The position numbers and the translations under genes were made by a program. DNA of 64,000 nt from Eledone cirrhosa (Eukaryota), in the NCBI GenBank assembly GCA_964016885.1, contig OZ024740.1, positions 379,068,001 to 379,132,000 of the forward strand, given 5' to 3'. A model generated the notes under the pieces. That model did not search any database. It had not been told where the DNA came from and saw only the letters and a program-made list of their open reading frames with translations. Every line of letters begins with the position of its first letter. Within the stretch, counting starts at the first letter, position 1. This document shows positions 56,237-64,000 of this stretch, piece by piece.

Positions 56237-56368
56237 AATAGCTTTCACCGTATTTTTGAGTATTGACGTACATGTACGTCAATACTCATCTTTTTCCATT
56301 TATCTGAGGGTTCTAAACCCCATTATCAGGCTAAAGTCCCTTTAGTCAAAAATACGGTGGAAGCTATT
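56237..56368. repeat. Nested inverted repeats: 23-bp outer pair plus a perfect 32-nt palindrome (56257-56288)
   Basis: AATAGCTTTCACCGTATTTTTGA / TCAAAAATACGGTGGAAGCTATT; TGAGTATTGACGTACATGTACGTCAATACTCA. Confidence 0.88.
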
Positions 56369-56411
56369 CTATTTTCTAATTTCAAACCTGCTCACTGTTT
56401 CAAAACATACT

Positions 56412-56447
<36 letters not shown>

Positions 56448-56483
56448 ATAATAATAAATTTGAAGACAAACTTTAATCTGTTA

Positions 56484-56519
<36 letters not shown>

Positions 56520-56946
56520 GCGGTCATTCGATGCGTGAAGGGACAGATTAGCAGACACGAAAATTAACTGCGGTAAGAAAGATTTCTTATATCAAAGTTT
56601 AATGGGCTTCCACTGACGATTTATAAGTGCCCACCTAATTGTATTCTTACATGAAAATATATTAGGCTTCTACATAAACTGGAAATATTCTCCCAACTTG
56701 TAGAATACTTATAATGAAACAATTGTTTGGAAAGAGAGATATATTTTAATTTTAATTATATCTCATATAAAATAATACAACTGGCTTTCCACAAAATATA
56801 TATAGTTAGCACCCCAGACACTAAATTGGGTTTATACTAACGTATAACCTAATGTTTGTTGAGTGAGATGGTTACCAGTCGGAGTTTAGCGTAAAGCTTT
56901 CTCTATTATTGTATTAATATTATATATATATAGAGAGAGAAATGGC

Positions 56947-56991
56947 CTCTACAGGACTAGAACTGTTTCATTCCAAGGAAATCATCAGGAA
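56947..56991 (-). ncRNA. Type I hammerhead motif, family A, within a fold-back (56948-57014)
   Basis: Minus strand: TTC-CTGATGA-tTTCcttgGAAt-GAAA-CAGttctagtcCTG-TA-GAG; stem I only 3 bp. Confidence 0.6.
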
Positions 56992-57031
56992 TGAAACAGT
57001 TCTAGTCCTGTAGAAACCATTTCTATATTTC

Positions 57032-57138
<107 letters not shown>

Positions 57139-57874
57139 CGTGTGTGTGCGCGTGTGTGTGTGTTGAAATATTCTTTGGAATAGAGGTCTTATAGTTTCAA
57201 CTCCCCGGCTGGTCGTTAAAGGCAATTCTACTTTAGAACAATGCTATCTCTATGACACGTTACTTATAATATTTTCTCAATAAATGAAGGACTTCATAAC
57301 AGCACGAATCTGTTCGAAATGATACTTCACAGTTTCAGGAAGCTGTATGAATAACTAGAATTTATTCATATAAGATTGATTTAATTATCATTGATCTGAT
57401 CGCTTTTTTCTTTCTTCTTCCATACCATTTCGTATTCTTTCTTTATATAACATTATAGTTTAAGCTTTAGGAAACACACTGAAGCCGTTAAAAATTTATA
57501 TAATTATATATTTTTATGTTATATGTTGTATAAATGACGCACGCAAACAAGCATATTTAGACCCACCCACTCACACGTACTCTTACTAATAATAAACAAC
57601 AACAGCAACAACAACAAAGTATTTATTACAGATAATGCAAGATAAACGTGATTCTATAACATGCTTAATCAATCAAATGAACATAAGAAGAAAATTTGAA
57701 AGAAAATTTCATTATAACCTTATACGGCTGTTCTGTAAAACTCTTTTATTGTTTTCTTTTATAATAAAATGGGTTTGCAAAGACAGACAAAACGGGCTTA
57801 AATAAAAAAAATCATGAGAGTTAAAAACAAAAATCGATTAAAATGTATTCTTGAATCTTTCAGAAGACTTCTAA

Positions 57875-58061
57875 TAATAATTGTTTCTACTTCAGGCACA
57901 AGGCCAGCAATTACCCAGGACATTACTGGTACTTTATTTTATCGACCCCGTAAGGATGAAAGGCAAAGTCAACCTCGGCGGGATTTGAACTCAGATCGTA
58001 AAGGGACGTAACTATGCTGGAAAGCATGGCGTCCGACCCTCTACCGATACTGCCAATCCAC
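57875..58061 (-). mobile_element. Family S SINE, near full length
   Basis: Very similar to the 50698-50878 copy. Confidence 0.9.
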
Positions 58062-59677
58062 GAATGTTGAAATAAAATCAGTAGTCTTAGATGAAAGTAA
58101 ATAATATAAGTAAATAATATATCTACTACAACAGTTATTTAAATCTTGTTCAGTTCTGATGTGGTTTCGTTTCAGAATATCAATGTCAGTTGCGATTGTT
58201 TTCCTTAAATTGAGAAAGACATCCAGATATTTGATATACGTAAGGATGAAAATGAAAACTGAAAATAATGTTACTTTGACAGATTTCCGTCTCAGATCTA
58301 TAATTTATCTGGTGACTACTTTGTAATTATCCATATATCTAAACGCTCTACCGCAGCATTACTATATCCTCGGTATATAATTCTTATTTAAGGTGACTAT
58401 AAGAACGAGAAAGAAGTCCTGTGTTTAAAGATATATTATAATGTGATGTATGTGATGAAATACGATCACACTGACAGTTCAACACATTAACCTCTTTGGC
58501 ATTATGAGTCTACATTGTAGTGAAATAGATTTTATCAGATTGTTGACGATTAAGAAACCATACAAGATTACATAGTTTCAAACCAATGATTCTAAGGAGA
58601 GAACGAAACAGATTATTAGGGGTCTTTATTTTTCTTATCTACATTATTATCATATTAACGAATATATACATTCGTTAATATGATAAATGAAATAGAATAT
58701 TATCACCCTCATGACGATAACTCAGTCCTTGTTCGTACTAACTTCTGGTACACCCAAAAGCGCCTACCAGCATCTTTTGGTTTATGTGACGGAAAACAAT
58801 TCGAAGATGTTGATATTATTTTATATATTTATAGTAAGTTGCAATGAATGTTCATGCTACTGAAGCCTCAGCCTCCAGTGTTGTGACTTTACAGACAGGA
58901 GCCTGCTGCTCTTTTCCACCTTCTCCAGCTCCTTTCAAATAACAGCTGTCCAAATAGTGGCAATAATGCGAGTAATGGCGAATTCACAATGTTTCGATCG
59001 CCCGTTGAATACATTACCTTAGTTACATCGTTGATATAATGGCAAGAACATAACAGCTTACAATATTAGGATATATATCAAAACAATTAAATAAAAGCAA
59101 AAGAAACTAATAATGGTGTTACTGAAATGACATTTTTTGCTAGCAGTCGTAACAGAATAGCCCTTTCAAGAATAATTAAAATTCCACAATGAATAATATA
59201 AAATCCCGACTTTGATACCATATGAGAATAAATTCATGAAGAGAAGGAAGGTGTCAGAGGAATTTTAATATCAGTAAAACTAATTCCTCGGGGAATCAAA
59301 AGGAAGACGAGTCGACGACTGACTGCTTCTATATCAAAAATCAATATTGATAACTTGCAATAATCGTACTTGGCACAAACATTTCCAAAGCACTTATTAA
59401 CAATAGAACCCCTATTAGAAAATGAAAACATCAGACTATCTCAGACAACGCTTTCTATTGAAGAACGTGAGGAATCTATTCTAACAATGGCAATGTTATA
59501 GTTAACCGCATTTTGGTTAGAAAAGAAAAAAACAATAAAAATAAACAAGTTTCAAACAGCTATTGAATGGGGATAATGTCAAAAATGATTATTACTTTAT
59601 AAAATATCATTTCAAAACCATTGGTACAATGGAGTATTTTAACGTTTGTTCAATCGATTAGATACTCGGAAAGACGG

Positions 59678-59716
<39 letters not shown>

Positions 59717-60463
59717 AAAAGATAGATGGGTAGATTGTAAAGCAATCACATAAATATATTGATAAAGCAATCACATAAATATATTTTGGGCTGTAGATAA
59801 GTAGATGAGCATATGAATATTAACACGCGCTCGCGATTATACACACGTGTCTATACGCACATGCGCATACAGAACATATTATATATATATATATATATAC
59901 ACATGTGTGCGTACGCGTGTATGTATATGTGCACGCGTTTAATATGTTAATATGCAGAATGAAGAGACTGATATTTATATAGGTGTATGTAATTCAATAT
60001 TCGTTATTTGTAAAATTGATGAGACGAAGATAAAAGAAAAAAGAAAGTTGCTCATAATCACTTTAAATAATATAATTTTTCCCGATGTACATTTTTCTTT
60101 GTGTTTCGCCATCAATGGTTTACTCTAGACGACTAATCAACTCACTTTAACAACACAAACTTTTAACTTATAGATGCGGCTTTTGCACACTTATCTGCTC
60201 CGATCACACGTACAAATACATATGGATAGTAATTCTCCATAGTATTATCCAATAACTTTTTCAGATGTTATTTCTACAGTAAAGTTACATTCATCAAATG
60301 ATCGATTGATGTATGTGACTCTAATAAGCAGACAATTCAATTTAATTGCTTCGTATATGTAGTTCTTGCTATAACACTCGTAAATTAGTTCGTATACTGT
60401 AATGCTAAAGATAACCACCCCCTTTCTTTCTATATATATTCAGTAATCATTTCCTATTGCAAT

Positions 60464-60501
<38 letters not shown>

Positions 60502-60549
60502 GATAAATGAAGCAAAATGATTACTGGGATGCAAAAGTACTTTATAGAA

Positions 60550-60765
60550 TATTGTTTTCTTATATAGGCACATTAATTTTGGGGGAAGAGGAAAGACGAT
60601 TAGATCGACGCCAGTGCGTGACTGGTACTTTATTTAATCGACCCTGTAAGGATGAAAGGCAAAGTTAACCTTGGCGGAATTTGAACTCAAATCATGAAGG
60701 GCCAGAACTCTATGCTGAAAAGCATGGTGTCCGACCCTATACCGATACTGCCAATCCACCACCCT
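60550..60765 (-). mobile_element. Family S SINE (long variant) with 14-bp TSD
   Basis: TACTTTATAGAATA at 60538-51 and 60766-79. Confidence 0.88.
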
Positions 60766-61084
60766 TACTTTATAGAATAATGATGATGAGTTAATGTCCA
60801 GCGGCAGTGCTGTTGCTCTCTTGCTCTACCGAAACGACATGAGCTTAACCGTCGGGCAGTAACTAGTATAACATCTACACTACTATGTTAAGTATCAAGT
60901 TGTAAACTGAACAATTGTTTTACTAATCTAAACTGGTAAGTCCCTAATATTAAAGTTTACACAATTTTTATGTAAAACTCTCGTCATCACGTCTTGTAAT
61001 GTCCCATTTCTAGTGCGCCCTTGTGGCAAAAAAAAAACAACAGCATATCTATAGATATGCTGTTGTTTTTCTCTATCTATCTAC

Positions 61085-61948
61085 CTCGAGTGCCTTCAGG
61101 CGCTCATAGCCCTCTACCAAGCGGAAACGGCAATCAGCGGAGACTCCACTTCGACATTCTACAGGGGATTAGTGGAGGATAGTGGAGGATAAGTGTGACG
61201 ACGTTTTCGGAGAAACTCTAGGCATCGAGGAGGACGAACTGACCAGTCTGTTTGGGAGGACTTTCCGTCCAGGGCCTATGGATAACTTCCAGAGGTCTCT
61301 GGCCTGGCAGTGCTTCCGAGGAGCTCTACCAGTTCGAGAAAAAATCTACAGGCACGGACGCCCTGGCAGAGATCCTGCCAAAAGGACCTGTCCAAGATGC
61401 GAGCAGGACAGCGAAACCGTTCTGCACGCAATTGTTCAGTGCCCAGGGGTGACCGACCTGTGGAATTATGTCGAACAGCTACTGTCACGTGTGGGACGCA
61501 TCCAGTTGTCAGCCGAGTCCATCGTGAGGATCACCCCGCCGCCTTCATTTAAGAATGAAGGAGAGGCGGTTTTCCTCTGTCTGGTGGCTATGGCGAAAGA
61601 GGTAATATGGTGGACGAGGTTAAAAGGACTGAAGGCAAACACCTTTCTCTCCGGACAACAACTTATCCCCTTCTTTAAGTATCACTTCAGAAGGAAGGTG
61701 AGAGTGGGGAGAGAGGTACTACACCCTAGTAAATTCGCTGAAAGGTGGGTGAATGTGGCGAAAATGGCTCGATTGAATGGGCCTTCTCTGTATGTAAACC
61801 TGTAGGTTGAGGAAGATAAACAGAGGGAAGACAGGTACACCTACAAAACGTGTTCCTGGTGTTGAAAGTTGTTCTATCCACGGTGTGTAAAACAACCCTG
61901 CAGTAGCGTTCCCCCCTAATGGAGATTTCAATTGTTATTTTATTATAT
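61085..61948 (+). mobile_element. 5'-truncated L1/Tx1-clade LINE: ORF2 C-terminus with zinc-binding domain (ORF 61182-61805) and start of 3' UTR
   Basis: AWQCFRGALPVREKIYRHG..CPRCEQDSETVLHAIVQC..LWNYV is the CCHC zf-RVT pattern; a 10-nt duplication (TAGTGGAGGA) breaks the frame near 61170-61190. Confidence 0.85.
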
Positions 61949-61949
61949 A

Positions 61950-63955
61950 CTGGCAGTGGTACCCGGCGTTGCACGGGATAATGTATTTTGGAACGCGGGC
62001 CGCCAACAGACCTAATCGTGGAAAAACTGCATGCCTGGACAATATGTAAAGAAAATAAACCGAATACTCTGATGGCTGGATAATCTTTAAGATTTTCCTC
62101 GATGAAGCAGGAAAAATGCAGGTTTTCATCTAGGGCACCAAGAAAATAAATTTTTTTTATGTGCATAATATGCCTTGAAATTTCGGGAAAATCGGCTAGA
62201 CGTAACGCCTAAAGAAATCTCTAAAAAGCTGAAAAAACGCAGTTTTTCACCTAATACGGACAGATGTCACCACTTATGTCAGAGGGAAGTCTGCAATGCT
62301 TGAGCAAGGCATGATGTGCAATCGGACCGCATGTGGAGCCTTCTCGAAGGAGTCCACCGCACCTTAGTAAGTAAACGCAACTGGACAAACGTTTACCAAA
62401 CTGTGGGTATAATTTAACAAATTTAAAGAGGAATGGTGCAATAAAATGGGCCGCCGAGGCGTGTGCGCGTTCACTGACACCCCAGCAAGGATGGGTAACC
62501 ATCAACAATTTCAAGTGGCGGCCCTAAAAAGGGCCATGTGAGCGTTCACTTGTAGCCCTTAATAGTGACTTTGACTGCGTTCTCTGACATTTGAAGGAGG
62601 GTGTTACGGTTGCTTCCACTGGTAGCCTTTAGAATGAATCAGAGTGCGTTCGCGGTCCGTTTAACAGCCATACATTGACGCGCCGAGTGCGAAGCGGAAA
62701 GTCCATCTCTGAAGGTAGTCACCTGAAGCCGAGGGAAAATGTATTTCAGGTAATAGGCCGTATGAATGGCAACCAGATTGCCTTAAGAAATGTTGATAAC
62801 GAACCTACCTCGTTCTTGTGAAAATGCAAGAATACTCTCCCAGCTGCCAACTCTAGAGCACCCAATGAACAACGATCCGCTTAACGACCTTACATTGCTG
62901 CACCAATTGTCAAGGGGCAGGTTCTTAGCTGAAGAGTTCACCTTAACCCGTAGAAAAAACGCATTTCAGTTAGTAGCCCGTACGAATTGGTTTAAGAAAG
63001 GGCAATAATGAACCTACCTTGTCGTTGTTGCATTTATAACACCTCGTTGTAAACAATGTTCGTTGTTTTCCCTCGTCGTGCAAATGCAAAAAGCCTCTCC
63101 TGCTGCCAACGCTAGTGCACCCAGCGTACAATTGTCCGTGCGAGAAACAGGGCTCTAGTAACTTTTGTTCTCGTAAAGGCACGTAAGTAAGCAACACTGT
63201 GAAAACTGAAGCTATTATAGCGATGTTTTACTTTACCGTCTTTAATTTTTAATGTTGTGTGAAATTTATAACCTGCAAACCTGATTTTTGAATCGCAGCA
63301 GGATCGACTTTATTTCACTCGCTACACTAAAAGTTGGATTTTCTTTGCTCACGGTATGAAGAAGAGACTGACTAATACATAGTTACTGGCTTTCATTTTT
63401 AGTGTTGTGTGAAATATATAACCACCTTAGCTAAGCTTAGTATTGCCACAACCACGGCTGGCAAAGAAGTAAGGGTCTGGTGGTACGTAAGTAAGCAACA
63501 GTGTGGCTTAAAACGTGAAGAAGAAGTTGTGTGCACTTAGCAACTGTTTGGGGAATGAGTGTGAGATTTGTCTTGAGCAAGGTTGGCAATATAACCGGAC
63601 AATTAGACATACAGACAGATATTATAAGGGCGCGTTCTGGACGCAGATGGAATTGTGGGAAGTGACGTAATGGGGACAGCCAGACATGCAGACAAATATT
63701 ATAAGGGAACGACGTTATATGTATGTATCTATCTAAAGAGAGAAAGTCTAAGAATTATAGAGAGAGATCGCTAAATCGCCTAAAGCGTTCCCTAGGGCAT
63801 TGAAAATTTGAAAATGTTTTTGCTCAGAACATTCCCTGAAACATAAGTATTACATGTTTAAAGTTTGAAAACATTCGGTTGGGTGCTTCTCGAGTTTTAG
63901 GGATTCAAACTCACACACACACACAGACAGACATTCTCAGTTTTATATATATAGA
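61950..63955 (-). mobile_element. Helitron, internally deleted, with PIF1-type helicase C-terminal relic
   Basis: 5' TCTATATATATAAAACTG as in the 54856 element; 3' hairpin CCCGTGCAACGCCGGG and end CCAG (CTAG variant); LLEPCFSHGQLYAGCTSVGS then frameshifted GKTTNIVYNEVL* at 63161-63034. Confidence 0.85.
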
Positions 63956-64000
63956 CTAGCAGAAAACCACCCGGTGGGCGGTTTTCTGCTAGCAAATCTA

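Noticed and set aside
58647-58686. 17-bp AT-rich inverted repeat
   Set aside because: Real but isolated and short; no associated element could be identified.

Overview
AT-rich, repeat-dominated animal DNA with no recognisable host exon, so probably intronic or intergenic. The SINE, MITE and microsatellite landscape resembles an octopus or other cephalopod genome (inference from pattern recognition, no search run). The window holds many copies of a tRNA-derived SINE, a decayed Tc1/mariner transposon, two Helitrons, and fragments of RTE, L1/Tx1, R4-like and Penelope-like (GIY-YIG) retroelements. The strongest signal is a set of type I hammerhead ribozyme (HHR) motifs from several sequence families, seven with intact cores. 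They lie mostly next to (TA)n tracts and are tied to a dense cluster of fold-back inverted duplications at 27.8-37.8 kb. Several fold-backs pivot on hammerhead stem II or its flank. There is also a strong candidate recursive splice site (AG|GTAAGT) at 35,988. Nearly all ORFs in the supplied track are microsatellite or chance ORFs. All folds and alignments were made by eye.
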